DNA of 64,000 bases from Squalus acanthias. Its lineage: Eukaryota. The stretch spans positions 167,960,001 through 168,024,000 of the forward strand of contig CM059425.1 in NCBI GenBank assembly GCA_030390025.1, in the 5' to 3' direction. A model generated the notes under the pieces. It did not search any database, had not been told where the DNA came from, and saw nothing but the letters and a program-made list of their open reading frames with translations. Below, one piece after another: positions 50,391 to 64,000 of the stretch. The position numbers and the translations under genes were made by a program. The first letter of the stretch is position 1. Every line of letters starts with the position of its first letter.

Positions 50391-51746
50391 TGAAAAAGAA
50401 ATGTAAAAACCCTCAATTCCCATCATCCCCAGGCACAAACAGGGTGTGAGACATATAACCATCTAAGTCCCAATGCTCTGCCACCTCTCTACTGTCCATC
50501 CAAATCTCTACCTCCTTTCCCCACCCACTGAGGTTTTGCCTTCTCCCCATCTGTCCTTAGTCCAAATATTCTATCACATGTTCATACCTGCCCGAGTCTC
50601 TACAATGTCTCCCTGCCTCTCATCCCCGCTCCCCCCCCATTCCCCCCACCCCATTGCTCTTTGCTTTGAGCCTCGTCTTCCCACCCTCAGCTAGTGTGAT
50701 TCAGGTATGTACTTACTGAAGAAAGGCATTATATCTTGTGGAGGTGATTCTCCTTAAGTTAGCAACAAGTAGTAGAGATCATAGACAATGATTGTTAAAC
50801 AGATTTAGAATAAAAGTGATTCGAATTTCAATGTTTCTCTCTGCAACATGGTTTTGGAGAAATGGAAATGAATGAAAACTTGTTTAGCTCCCTGTGATTC
50901 ACATGATTTGCCACTTTTAACACTCTTACCTTTTTGGTGCAAGTCTATGTCCCAGGATTTCAGTGCTTTACTGAAAATGTTATATCCAGGATTGTCCAAC
51001 GTTGATAACCTTGTCTTTAACTCAGTTTACAGGTTCATTTCTGCATTGTGTACTGACTTTACAAATCCAGCATTAATGTTTTCTACAGAGTTTCCTATAA
51101 ACGGTGACTCGAACCTGGGGTCTACACTTCACCCTCATGGAGGTGCAATTCATAAAGATGGTAATTTCAAACACATATTTGTTGCCCAGAATGCTGTGCT
51201 GAAGAAGAATGAACCTTCTTGCAACAAACACAGATGTACATATTGCTAGCCTGGTGCTGTGAAAACAGGATTATTGTTCATTGTTCTCTATCGGGTAGGG
51301 TAGGAAGAAATGGACATGTGACCACAGGTGCTGTGAAGCCAGGTATGATTCTTGTATCCTCCAGGGCCATTGAACAGAATGACTGGTTGTGGGGGTATGA
51401 CCAAAATGCATACAGAACAATATCCTGAACACAGCAACCTCCTGCAGTCATCCCGGAGAGAGGGATGGAATTTGGACAGGGTCTGTTATGTGCAGTTTGA
51501 CATGCTCTCATGCATACAACAAACACAGATGACAAAATTACCCATGGGATTCATTCCAGTCAGAATGAGCGATGTTCAGCCTCCAGCTTAGAGGTGGGGT
51601 AGACAGAGACCTCTTCTTCAAGGCATATTCAACATAAGACCACCCCCAATACTCAAACCCATTTCACTGGAAGAAACAACAGAACAACACAGCAGGGAGA
51701 GTGAGCCAACAATAGCAATCCATTTTATTAAGCTCACTAACTCTAA

Positions 51747-52218
51747 GGGCTGGATTTTCAATGACCCGTGGAGTCGGGTTTGGAGGCGTGTGGGGGGTTA
51801 AAGTTGCAGTTTCAGGGGTCCCGACCCCATCCCGACTCCATTCCGCCTCCACGCAATTTTGACAAAATCGGTCGCGGGGTTCCCGACTCCGTCCCGCCTC
51901 CAAGAGGCGTGAGAGGCCATTAAAGCCCTTAACAAGCCCTAAATTGGCTCTGTAATGCCATTTTGAAACGTTTTAGCTAGTTTAACCCTTTTCTGACATG
52001 AAGTACGCCTGATGTGAAACACGCCAGTGAAACCTGGCGGGAGCACAAGTGGATAGCTGACTATCAGCTGCAGGTCCACTATTACAACGGAGATGTGATG
52101 AAGGTAGTAGTAGTATTGTGATGAAGGTAGTAGTAGTATTAGGTGTGAAAGTCGCATCTGATGCTGCTGCATTGAATGTCTTCAGAGACTGCCTGGGAGG
52201 ACTTGGTTGCAAAAAAAA

Positions 52219-52249
<31 letters not shown>

Positions 52250-52518
52250 AGATGCTGCTGATTTTGCATCCAGGTCCTCTCACAACAAAGGCCAGGCAAA
52301 CTCTGAGACCAGGCAGTCTCTGACCTGCAATGATGACATCATCAGCGGCGACTTTCAGACTGAAACCACTAATTGGTTCATGGGTTCCCACATGCTGGAA
52401 CTCAATTGCCCAATTAAGTGAAAATTGCATCAATCTCCCACATCCAATTGCAGGCGGGTGGATAACACGAAATGCGGATGACACGACCCCAACCCGCCCC
52501 AGTATCAAAATCCAGCCC
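51747..52518. mobile_element. Harbinger-like non-autonomous element
   Basis: Perfect TIR gggctggatttt / aaaatccagccc with a TAA TSD on both sides. Confidence 0.9.
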
Positions 52519-52727
52519 TAAGTCTGACCTGGACTAAAATGTTCACTTGCTGATTGCACTATGCAGTTGTAAAATGCTGCACAAATTCATTGTTAAATGA
52601 GTTTAACAATGCTTTAACAAATAAAAGTCAACTTTTTTTACTCACTTTTTATTAATGTTTATTACTTTTTTTAAAGGGTAGAATTCTTCAGAAAAGCAGC
52701 GAACATGGGTGAATAGTCCATTAGTGT

Positions 52728-53085
52728 TAGGAACTTAGGAACAGGAGTAGGCCATTCAGCCCCTCAAGCTTGCTCCACCATTCAATGAGATCATGGTTGA
52801 TCTGTATTTTAATTATCCGCCTTGGTTCGATATCCTTTAATACCCTTACCTAACAAAAATCTTTCAATCCGGTTTTGAAATTTTCAATTGCCTTAGCCTC
52901 AACAGCTTTTTGGGGAGAAAGTTCCATATTTCCACTGTTTGAAGAAGTGCTTCCTGACATCACCCCTGTACTGTATATCTCTGATTTTAAGGTTATGCCC
53001 CCTTGTTCTGGACGCCCTCACCAAAGGAAATAGTTTCTCACCAGTTACCCTATCACATCCTATAATCATCTTAAACACCTCAATT
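52728..53085 (-). mobile_element. CR1 3' fragment
   Basis: taggaacttaggaacaggagtaggccattcagccc tail, followed by the reverse complement of the ORF2 end. Confidence 0.85.
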
Positions 53086-53593
53086 TTATCTATCGGATTG
53101 CACTATATTTTACTCATGTCGGCTTTTTCCCTAAAATGAGCAAAAACAGGATTGTTGGCCCTTTAACTTGAAGCACTTAATTTGCTCATTAGATTGGTTT
53201 AACTCAACCAAAGTTGAAACGGCACTAGTGTAGCCCATTTACATATATATCAATTCAAATTTTTATGCTTTACATCATTAATTTGTTGGCATATGTCAGT
53301 TAGAATACAGTTGGTGACTAATTTATGCATTGTACAATATGAACTACATGTGTGAAGCATGGGGCTAGTTGCAACCAATCTGTAGAGAACAAGTTGAGGT
53401 GTTATCACCACTCGAAGGCTCAAAGAACATCTGTTATCATTTCTATGAATAACTGCAATACAGAAACTAAAAATCTTTTCATAACTATTCCAGTTGCCCA
53501 GTCTGTTGCTTACTTTCAGTTAGCTTTTGTTACTTAAAGTTAGGATTTTTGTGAATCCCATCATGACGTTTGGGCATTTAGTTAAAGTACTAA

Positions 53594-54324
53594 GGGGAGA
53601 GAATTGGCTTGCGCCCACTTTGGGACAATAACTTCACCGGGACGCTACTTTTAGCGCCCCGAAAAAGTTAGCGCCCGCGTGCCCGAAATTCAATGGTAGC
53701 ACCCCAAGCAGGAGGCAGGGCGCTACTGGAAGAGCTCCCCCTCCCACTTTGGGCGCTCCCATTGAATATCGCGGCGCTATGTGCAGCAGCGACACGCGCG
53801 CCAGCACATAGCGCCGCAGTACTGCAGGCCTCCCTCCCCTGATTAAAGGGGAGGGGCCTAGCGCAATGCGCACCGGGGCCCTGCTGGACCACCGGGGAGT
53901 GGGGTGCCGGCAAAAGAACTCGGCACTCAAGAGGAGTGCCGGGCTGCCCGATCGTGGCCGGCACCCCGCAGCAGGAGGCGAGAGGGGGCAGGTGCTGGCA
54001 GGCGGCCCAAAAAGAAATGGCCGCCCGGCACCTGCCCTTTAATTATTACCGCCCCAGCCACAAAAACGCCACCCTGAACCTGTCGGACATAACGTCCGGC
54101 AGTAGGTCAGGGGGTGCGAGCCAAGTTTGCAGCCAGGGTGCGATTGGGGCGCTGCGCACAGCGACGATGTAATCGCTGGAGGCGCAGTACCGTGGGGCGC
54201 TACCGACTACCGCTAACCTCATGCTGAATTTCGTGGGAGGCGTTAGCGGCGCCGCGCCCAGGCGCTAGTTGCTTTGCGCCCCGGGGCGCTAACAAGAGGC
54301 GCAAAGCAACAAAATTTTTCCCCC
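53594..54324. mobile_element. CpG-rich Harbinger-like MITE
   Basis: ggggagagaatt / aatttttccccc with a TAA TSD. Reverse-complement homolog of 55798-56498. Confidence 0.88.
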
Positions 54325-54934
54325 TAAAACTACTCAGCAAAGTGGTTTCCAGAAAATCATCACAACATGACACGGTTATATGTGAAAGGCCACTGTTTTC
54401 TGTCAAATTAAGTTTATACAGGATATCACTTTAGGAAATATATTTGATGGAAACCATGTTATTATTAGCGAAGTAAACATGCCCTTCTTTATTCTGATGG
54501 GTAGTAATATTAATACATGCGGTAATGCTGTGCCAGATTGCTTCCTGTGTATTTAGTAATGTTAGGGATGATGGCAAAGTAAAAACTGACATCGATGACT
54601 TTGAGTTCACTGATAGCATCGATGACTCTTACATTTGGTACTGCGCAGAGCTGGGCCAATGCTATCTTTCCCTTGCATCAATAAAGCAGATTCAAATGCA
54701 GCTCTCCAGAAAATGGCCTTTTCTCCACATTGCACCAGATGATATTTTCAAATCTCCATACTACCACTCAATGCTGATTGTCCTACTGTGAATTTCTAGC
54801 ATTTCCTGCTTTTATCTCGGATTTTCAGCACCCGCTGTTTTTCTCTTTGTCTTCCACAACACAAGTTAAGACAATCTTAGAAAATGGGCAATGAATGTTG
54901 CATTGGCTCATGCAGACAAGCCACAGAGGTTTTT

Positions 54935-55245
54935 TTTCACTAGAATAGATATGGTTAAGAGGAACTAATTGAGGTGTTTAAGATTATGAAAGGTTTTGAG
55001 AAGATAAGAAATGAAAGATAGTTTCTGCTTATTGGCAAAACGCTAACAAGCGGCATAGTCTGAGGGTAGAGAAGAATTGTTTTCATGCAGAACGATATTA
55101 AGAATATGAAAGCAAAATACTGTGAATGCTGGAAATCGGAAATAAAAACAGAAAATGCTGCCTGACCTGCTGAGTGTTTCCATCATTTTCTGTTTTTATT
55201 ACTAAGAATATGGAATGCTTTACCGCAAGTGGCTAGTGAGGCAGA
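54935..55245 (+). mobile_element. Decayed CR1 fragment containing a Penelope-derived palindrome (55108-55200)
   Basis: RLRG.LIEVFKIMKG-like coding. The insert aaagcaaaatactgtgaatgctggaaat...cattttctgtttttatt is flanked by a repeated taagaatatg. Confidence 0.65.
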
Positions 55246-55316
55246 GCGTATGGCCTGGAATTTCCTTAGAGCTGCTCCCGCTCCCCTGCTGTAACTTCAC
55301 TGGAAATGCGGTGGAA

Positions 55317-55600
55317 AGAAAGAAGGAACTTGCATTTATATAGCGCCTTTCATGACTTCAGGACATCCCAAAGTGCTTCACAGCCAATGAAGTACTTTTG
55401 AAGTGTAGTCACTGTTGTAATGTTGGGAAACACAGCAGACAATTTTGCACAAAGTGAGGTGCCGCAAACAGCAATAAAATAAATGACTAGGTAATCTGAT
55501 TTTAGTGATGTTGGTTGAGGGATAAATATTGGCCCGGACACCGGGAGATCTCCTCCTGCTCTTCAAAATGTGCCATGGGATCTTTTATGCCCACCTGAGG
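55317..55600 (-). mobile_element. Deu-domain SINE, 3' half
   Basis: Near-identical to 24636-24915. Confidence 0.88.
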
Positions 55601-55797
55601 AATAGGGAGCAACTGCAGCAGTTCAATTTATAAATATAAACAAGATGAAGCTCTAATGAGTTTTTGGTATTATTTTTGAGCTGGAAACTTCACACGATGA
55701 AGGTGCAGTCAAGTCTCAGCCAGCTGCACTGCCCTATGCTATGTCGACCTCCTCACCGCCTGCCATATGCTTATTTGGGTGCATGCCAATATTCAAA

Positions 55798-56498
55798 GGG
55801 GGAAAAATTCAGCTGCTTGCGCCTCCCGTTAGCGCCTTAAGAGGGCGCTAATGGGGCGTAAAGCAGCTAACGCCCGGGCGCAGCGCCGCCCACGCCTCCC
55901 GAAAAATTTAGTGGGAGGTTAGCGGCGGCGGCAGCCGGTAGCGCCCTGTGGCGCTGCGCCGCCGGCCGTGATCTTCAGTCGCGCCCCCTGATTTACCGCC
56001 AGACGCTATGTCCGACGGGTTCAGGGAGGCGTACGTGCGGCCGGGGCGGCGATATTTAAAGGGGAGGTGGCAGGCGGCCATTTTTGTTGCTGGCCGCCTG
56101 CCAGCACCTGCCCCCGTTGCTGTCCCCGGCCCCCGTGAAGCCCCCCCACCGTGAAGTGCCGGCTGCGCTCCAAGAGCCCGGCACTTCTCTTGAGTGCCGG
56201 GCTCTTTTGCCGGCACTCCCGATCCCTGGGGGCCCAGCTGGGCCCCGGTTCGCGCTGCGCAGGGTCCCTCCCCTTTAAGAAGGGGAGGAAGGCCTGCAAT
56301 ACCGCGGCGCGACGTGCCGCAGCGCCTCACTCGCAGCGCCCCAAGAGGGATGCGGGGTGCTTCCAGTGGCGCCCCGCTTCCCTCTTGGGGCGCAACCACT
56401 GAAGTTCCGGCGCGGGGCCGCTAATTTTTTCGGGGCGCTAAAAGTCGCGCCCCGGCGAGGTTAGCGCCCCAAATGGGGCGCGACTCAATTTTTACCCC
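55798..56498. mobile_element. CpG-rich Harbinger-like MITE
   Basis: gggggaaaaattcag / tcaatttttacccc with AAA on both flanks. Confidence 0.88.
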
Positions 56499-57593
56499 AA
56501 AGTGTTTGTACACAATTTATTGACCAGAAAAACAACCCTCATGTGAATTTCTTTTAAGGAAAATGTCTGATGTACATTGAGCTCTGAATTACATTTTTCT
56601 TTTATAATTAAACCTATAGTTGAAAAAAATGCCACCAGGAACATTGAAATAAATCTGTTTTATTCCTCTGAAATTGAGCCGTGTACAACAGTACACTGAC
56701 ATGAGTAACCACTTTTGTTTATATGATAATTACACTGTGCAGTGGGACACACCAGTAGTCCAAATTGACCATTTGAAAACCAACTTCCAAACAAATGTCA
56801 TTTAAATAGAGAACATAGACCACATCACAGCTGCATTAAAAGCAAATAGACCAGCAGTGACTCACAACGTAAACCATCTTTTTAATAGACTGCAACATAA
56901 ATGAAATAAAAACTTTTGTATTGCAATAATTTTCACGTTATATTTACCATCATAACATGAGCGACCAAAAAAAGGAAAGGGTGTGCTGGGAGTACTGGAC
57001 ATGGCTGATATAAATGGGAGATGGGTGATTAAATAAAAACAGGCAGTTGGAAGTTTTAACCTGTTGGAAATGATGGATTCAGGTTGAAATAGGATACATG
57101 TGTGAAAGTTCCTTTTTCCGATCAATACTGATCACATTTAACTCCAGGAGGTCTTGAGGATCTTACACAAAGCTACCTGCAGTGCAGTGAAGTCTAAATG
57201 GAAATGGAACTGAAATATAGGCAATAATAGTGTCATTCATACTGCATGGCATAACGTGCCACATGGGGAAAATATATAATATATATAAATGTGTGTGACA
57301 CAATATAGCTGAGGGCTATTGAAGTACAGTTTGAGTTGCTGAACCAGAATGGAAAACTGATAGTTAAAGCTACATTATGACCATACATTCTGATCCTCTG
57401 CAGGCTTGTGAAGGCTATTAGTCCATATTCTCTCACAGTTCAGTACTGGGGTGTACATCTGATTCTTGTCATTCTAGTGTGAAATGTTGGCGTTTTCTGG
57501 TGGTCTAGAAAGGCTAATGCGCTGTCCTGGGTTTTGAGTGTTTGACTTTAATTGGCTTTGTGTTGTGTTCATACTCAAATAATGGCTTTTCAG

Positions 57594-57735
57594 TCATAAG
57601 AACATAGGAACAGGAGTAGGCCATTCAGCCCCTCGAGCCTGTTCCGCCATTCAATGAGATCATGGCTGATCTGCGATCTAACACCACACACCCGCCTTTG
57701 GCCCATATCCCTTAATACCTTTTGTTAACAAAAGG
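57594..57735 (-). mobile_element. CR1 3' UTR tip
   Basis: cataagaacataggaacaggagtaggccattcagcccctcgagcc. Confidence 0.85.
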
Positions 57736-58100
57736 CTAATAGAATTAGTTTTATTAGTGGCATTTGAGAGCCATATAAAAAGGATAAAAGGTTAACATAA
57801 ATTACATGTTATAAAGAAGGCTATTGACATGGCTTTCCTTTAAGTGACAGTCATAAACTATGCATTTTATATCAAAGGTTATGAACTCTTTGTACATCAG
57901 ACAATGCTCTAAAAGGGGATTCTAATGAATACCTGCAGCAAAAAATAATTATATAAAAAACTCAATTTTATGGAAGAAATTGCATCATAGCACAAGGAAT
58001 AACACTGTTTCTATCCTTCTGTTTCGAGAATTGAGCGAGTTAATGTTTAGCAGAAACACACGTCAAAATATTTATCAGCTCTTTCTTAAATAAACACTAA

Positions 58101-58996
58101 GGTGGAAAAAGTCAGTTGGTTTGCGCCTCACGTTAGTGCCTTAAGAGGGCGCTAATAGGGCGTAAAGCAACTAGCGCCCGTGCGCGGTGATGTTTGCGCC
58201 GCTCACGAAATTAACTAGACATTTTGCGGCGGCGCTAAACACTACCGCCACGATCTCCTGCGCCGGCAGATCGTGACGTCAGTCGAGTGCGCAACACCCC
58301 GGTAGCACCCCGGACCGGATATTGAGTGGTGCCCCCTGCCTTACCGCCTGCCGCTAGCAACGACAGGTTGAGGGGAGCGTTTTGCAGTCAGGAAGGGGCT
58401 GCGGGAGCGCTATTTAAAGGCGACCGCTTCCTGCCTTTTTTTGTTGGTGACATTTTTGCACTACGCATTCTGAAAGAGAGAGAGAGAGAGACTTCTGGAG
58501 AGATTCAACGCTGTGTGAAGGAGTTTTGGGTACTGAGCAGCACTTTGCAAGTTCATTTTGATTTCCCCTTCCTTGTATCGATTTAGAAGAGACTGTGGGG
58601 GCTGCACTCTGAGCTCTTTCCCTGGGTCTCTCCATTGTTCTTTCCAGCAGATTTGATGTACAGGTCTCTCCAGGCCGAGATTCAAGGCTGCAATGAGCAG
58701 GATGTGGATGGAGAGCAAGATCAACCCGCCCCTTTAAGAACTGGCTGGCGCCACTGTGTCTGTGTTCCATTGCTGACTGACATCACATGAGCTTCGCCCG
58801 CACTCTGAGGTAGCGCCTCGCTCCTCAGCCTTTGTGCCTTAAGAGAAGTGTGTAGCACCTGATTTAGTGCTCCAATCACCTCCAGGGGTGATAAAAGCCA
58901 AGTTTGCAGTCGGAGGTGATAATTAGCGCCAGGCGCTAATTTTTGCGCCCGGCCGATAATTGCGCCCCAAATGGGGCGATACTGAATTTCTCCCCC
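58101..58996. mobile_element. CpG-rich Harbinger-like MITE (variant interior)
   Basis: taa|ggtggaaaaagtcagt ... actgaatttctccccc|taa. Subterminal sequence is shared with 55798. Confidence 0.85.
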
Positions 58997-59919
58997 TAAA
59001 GGTACAATGGTATCAGTATGGTTGATTGCTGAAAGTAGAACTAAAATATCTGCTGTATGACATTGGTTAAAGGCAACCTGCCAATCACTGTATTTTCACT
59101 GTGCCATGGACCACACAGCACCTGGGCTCAAATGTTAGCTTTTGCTCAGATTAGCAACTGCTCCCATCGGCTATACCTTTGCTCATTGAGTATGAATGGG
59201 CAGGAATTCAACCATAGTTTCCAATCCAAATCTCAAATGGGTCATTGAGTGCACCACCAAGTGCTGATAATGTGATAGATCAAGGGTATAGCACATCACC
59301 TACTGGCATACCATCAACTTCCAGTAACTGAACCTGGAATAGCATAGATATATTTGTTCATGGTCTCATCCCAATCGACTAGGATAGCCACACAAAGCAT
59401 CAGCTGAAAGAATTCAGAAAGGAAAAGCCTGCAGAAAATGCAAAAAAAAAGACAGTGGAAAGTTAACATTTTAATTAGATTTATCCAATCTGATAAATGA
59501 ATCTGTGGTTAATTTGATGCATTTTTAGATTTTGAGGTTACAGCACTTGCAACTGAGGTATGAAAACTGAGTGTTATGCTCCTTGTATAAAATTGCATTC
59601 AATTATTCCAGCGGCATTCCATCTCTGGTGCTTCTCTGATCACAGGAGACTGGAATAATGGGTATGTGTTCATTTTCGCCAGTGGTGCAGTAGTATGATC
59701 TCAGCATTGGTGGCCTCACTATGGATACGCATTCATATTCCCTGGCAATCTAGTTCTGAACATATATGTCTATTTCTTAGAGATTTCATATGGAGTATTG
59801 ATCCATGTTCCATATTGATCTTGGCGGTTGTGCGGGGAATTTGTATCCAACTCAGTCTAGGGATTCTCTAGCTTCGGCCTCATGACTACCTTAATTTCAA
59901 CCTTCTAAGGTGAAAAGCC

Positions 59920-61370
59920 AAAAAAATTCCTCCTTATCCCAAAATCCTACTTTTCCCTAAAATTCCTGCTTATCCTATCCTTCATCTCTCTGTCCCTGCA
60001 AACTACTGTTCCATCTCTAACCTCCCTTTTCTTTCCAAAGCTCTTGACTATGATGTCATCTCTCAGATCCTTGTCCAGTTCTGCAACTCCTTTGAATCCC
60101 CCCATCAGAATTTGCTTCTCTTACAGCACTGAACCAGCCCATAACAAAGTCAAGAAAGTCTTTCTCTGTGACTGTGGTGCATTATCCCTCGTCCTCCTTG
60201 ACCTCTCTGCAGCCTTTCATACAGTCGACTACAGTAGCCTCCTCCATCTCTTGCTTCCACTCTTACCTACCTTATCATAGCCAGAGTATCTGCAGTAATA
60301 ACTGCCCTTCCCACCCCATGCTATCATCTCAGGTCTCCCCCAAGATCTATCCTTGGCCCCTTCCCCTTCCTTATCTACATGCTGGCTCCTAGCAACATCG
60401 TCCACCAACATGAGATCAGCTTCCACATGTAGCTTGATGAGGCCCAGCTCTACCTCTCCATCACTTCTCTTGACCCCTCCACTGCCTCTGTGCTATCAGA
60501 CTGCTTGTCCGATATTCACTCTTGGATAAGCCACAATTTTTCCAACTAAGCATCAGGAACACCAAAGCCATCATCTTTGGCCCACGCTAAAAACTTCATA
60601 GCCTCACCACTAACTCCATTCCCCCAACCTGCCCACTGTCTTAAACTAAACGAGACTATTTGCAATCTTGGTATCCTATTCAACCACAAGCTGAGTTTCT
60701 GATCCCATATAATTGCCATCACTAAGACTTCCTACTTCCATGATGTCATCCGTCTCTGACCCTACATCAGTAGGGGCCGCTGAAATTCTCATTCATGCCT
60801 TTGTCATCTCCCAATTAAACTATTTTATGCTCTCCTGGCCATCCTCCATTCCCCATAATCTTAGTTCATCCAAAGCCCTACTGCCCGTATCCTATTGCAC
60901 CAAGTCCTGCTCGTGCATCACTCCTGTCTGCGCTGATCTACAATTTCTTCCCAGTCCCCCAATGGCTCAGATTTAAAATTCTCATCCTTTTGTTTAAATC
61001 CCTCTGTGGCCTTGTCACTTCCTTTGTATAACCTTCTCCAGCCCTACAACCCCACTCACAAACTCTCCGTTCTACTGACTCTGGCCTCTCGCGCATCCCC
61101 CATTCACCCCACTATTAGGAGCTACGCTTTCAGCCGCATAGGCTCCATAATCTGGAATTCTCTGCCTAAGCCCCTCCACCTCTTTACTTCCCACTCCTCC
61201 TTTAAGACCCTCCTTAAATCCCACCTCTTTGACCAAGCTTTTGGTCACTCCTTCTAATATCCCTTTCTTTAGCTTCGCATCCTTTTTTTTCCTTACCTCT
61301 CTGTGAAGCACCTTAATATGTTTTTCTATGTTAAAGGTGCTACATAAATACAATTTCTTTGTTGTTGCAA
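59920..61370 (+). mobile_element. Decayed L2 LINE (RT and 3' end)
   Basis: LVLLDLSAAFHTVD; degenerate GVPQGSILGP and FHM.ADD.QLY motifs; AEILIHAFV.S.L.Y; WNSLP..L; FKTLLKSHLF; (TTG)n tail. Confidence 0.88.
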
Positions 61371-62842
61371 TAGTAGACTCCCATATATTGCTTCCTTTGA
61401 AAGCCTTAAAAAAGATAATTATAGTTTGAAGGGCTTCTTATAAAAGGGGTGTTCATATGAATTCTCCATTACAGAAAGGATGATGCACATTACATCATAA
61501 GTTATGGGGCTCTCCTTCTGCTTTCAAAAGACATCTAAGTTCCTCCTCGTCAGGAATGCATTTGGTTGAATTCCTCAGCTCCTTTCCTATTTTATCCCTT
61601 TCCCTCCTGCATGGCACCCACATTTTTCCTCCGCTTTGCGCCTTCTGTATTGAGGAATGCTACTGAAATGCAAGTTTTTTTGTGGCTGTTCAATAAGGAC
61701 AAGATCAAGCCATGATGTCCTCTCAGCATCAGCTAGCCTGCCAATATCCAGCTCAAGACTCACACATGAAGAATGCCCATTTGGGTGAGATACTAAAATG
61801 CTGTTGGCACTGATGGAACATGAGTCTGTACATTCAGGAGGGGAGAAAATGACTCATTCGATAGGTGTCTATACAGAAGGCTACATGTGGTGGCCATTAT
61901 ATCCAAGAGCCACTAAGTTGTAAGTTATCCATGTATCAGTTTAGCAGTTGTATTGGTCACTTAAAAGTCAACCTTGGGCACCAGTCTTTTGATTAATTTT
62001 CCTTAACAAGCTTGTTACAGCTGCAAGTTTGGTGTGAAACCATTGATGAGTCCTCAGATCATCAAAGAATGTTCTAGATAACGTTTCTTTCCAATGTTCT
62101 TCAAATAACGACTAAATATAGATTCCCACTTCAGCTTATTTAGATTATTAAGTACTTTGTGAAACACAAACCATGCGTCCATGCATATTAATGAGCAGGT
62201 GCTGCAATTTAGTCTGCCACATCAACCAATGATGCATTCGAGGGGAAAATCAGTCATAAGCACCAGCCATATCAATCAACTCTTCAATATTGGCAACATT
62301 TCCTATGATCTCTTCCAATAGACATATGCACACATTTTAATTTTTACTGCATTCTGGTTCAAACTAGTTCAGAATAGGACAAGGTTTTTGCAATGGCATA
62401 CCTAGCGTGAATGTATCAATTTCAACTTTAATTCATCCACCAAAAATACACATTAAAACTCTTAGCTCACCAGACCTACAAGCAACAGACAAGACTATAT
62501 ACCAGTGAACAGCACCAGGAAAGAACACACCGATGAAGCCAGTGTTAAAAGATGGTTAGCACGAGAGTGTGATAGCTGCTTTTAGAGTTCATCTGCACAG
62601 CAGATGTAAATGTTAATTTTTTTAAATTTACTAGTGGATCTTCTTGCCATTACTCAGTGAGTTTGCTGATACCTGTTTTAAAACATGGGTCCCGTAAGCC
62701 ATGACAGCAGTCGTCCCTCACATTCCCAGCAGAGCTAAAGATGCCTAACCTCACAATAGGATTTTCACATGATAGGGTGCTCTCTCTCTCTCTCTCTCCC
62801 TGCTTCAACAAGTTTCCAAATCCTCCCATCACATAACACAGT

Positions 62843-64000
62843 TTTATTATATTCGTTCATGGGATCTGGGCATCGCTGGCAAGGACAGCATTTATTGCCC
62901 ATCCCTAATTGCCCTTGAGAAGGTGGTGGTGAGCTGCCTTCTTGAACTGCTGCAGTCCGTGTGGTGAAGGTACTCCCACAGTGCTGTTAGGGAGGGAGTT
63001 CCAGGATTTTGACCCAACGACGATGAAGGAACGGTGATATACTTCTAAGTCAGGATGGTGTGTGACTTGGAGGGGAACTTGCAGGTGGTGGTGTTCCCAC
63101 GCTCCAGCTGCCCTTGTCATTCTAGGTGGTAGAGGTCGCAGGTTTGGGAGGAGCTGTCGAAGAAGCCTTGGCGAGTTGCTGTAGTGCATCTTGTAGATGG
63201 TACACACTGCAGACACGGTGTACCAGTGGTGGAGGGAGAGAATGTTTAATATGGTGGATGGGGTGCCAATCAAGTGGATAGTGCCGCACTTCTTGAGTGT
63301 TGTTGGAGCTGCACTCATCCAGGCAAGTGGAGAGTATTCCATCACACTTCTGACTTGTGCCTTGTAGATGGTGGAAAGGCTTTGGGGAGTCAGGAGGTGA
63401 GACACTCGCCGCAGAATACCCAGCCTCTGACCTGCTCTTGTAGCCACAGTATTTATGTGGCTGGTCCAGTTAAGCTTCTGGTCAATGGTGACCCCCAGGA
63501 TGTTGATGGTGGGGGATTCGGTGATGGTAATGCCGTTGAATGTCCAAGGGTGGTGGTTAGACTCTTTCTTGTTGGAGATAGTCATTCCCTGGCGCTTGTG
63601 TGGAGCGAAAGTTACTTGCCACCTATTAGCTCAAACTTGAATATCGTCCAGGTCTTGCTGCATGCTTCATTATCTGAGGAGTTGCAAATGGAACTGAACA
63701 CTGTGTAATCATCAGCGAATATCCCCACTTCTGACCCTATAATGCAGGGAAGGTCATTGATGAAGCAGCTGAAGATGGTTGGGCATAGGATACTGCCCTG
63801 TGAAACTCCTGCAGCGATGTCCTAGGGCTGAGATGATTGGTTTCCAACAACCACAACCATCTTCCCTTATGCTAGGTATGATTCCAGCCAGTGGAGCATT
63901 TTCCCCCTGATTCCCATTGACTTCAATTTTACTAGGGATCCTTGATGCCACACACGGTCAAATGCTGCCTTAATGTCAAGGGCAGTAACTCGCACCTCAC
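62843..64000 (-). mobile_element. Non-LTR retrotransposon of the 36122 family, running off the window end
   Basis: ORF 62905-63585. The window end reads VTALDIKAAFDRVWH on the minus strand (RT motif). Confidence 0.9.

Noticed and set aside
53634..56424. CpG-island promoter or GC-rich ORFs of a nested gene
   Set aside because: They fall wholly within TIR/TSD-bounded repeated MITEs, and frames are not conserved between copies.
47918..64000. Upstream SLCO3A1-like exon
   Set aside because: No OATP-like translation was seen. Consistent with a long intron extending past the window.

Overview
Repeat-dense vertebrate genomic DNA, most likely from a cartilaginous fish (shark). This is inferred from the repeat types: abundant CR1 LINEs, Deu-domain SINEs and Penelope-derived palindromes. 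The whole window lies inside one minus-strand gene, an organic anion transporting polypeptide of the SLCO3A1/OATP3A1 type. Four internal coding exons were found (47915-47817, 45910-45638, 34068-33904, 7168-6970), with canonical GT-AG sites and a continuous spliced frame. The first and last exons lie outside the window. The introns hold 5'-truncated CR1, L2 and Jockey-like LINEs, Deu-type SINEs, and many PIF/Harbinger-like TIR elements with 3-bp TSDs. Some of these carry decayed Myb/SANT and DDE transposase coding remnants, and several are nested. There are also Penelope-derived palindromic mini-elements carrying minimal hammerhead ribozyme cores. Almost all other ORFs in the track are TE remnants or spurious. 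The most interesting leads are the hammerhead-bearing Penelope mini-elements (intact cores only antisense to the host gene), the diverse Harbinger MITE/two-ORF set, the apparent divergence of the SLCO3A1-like gene, and an unexplained 43.6-45.4 kb segment. All calls were made by eye, without database searches.
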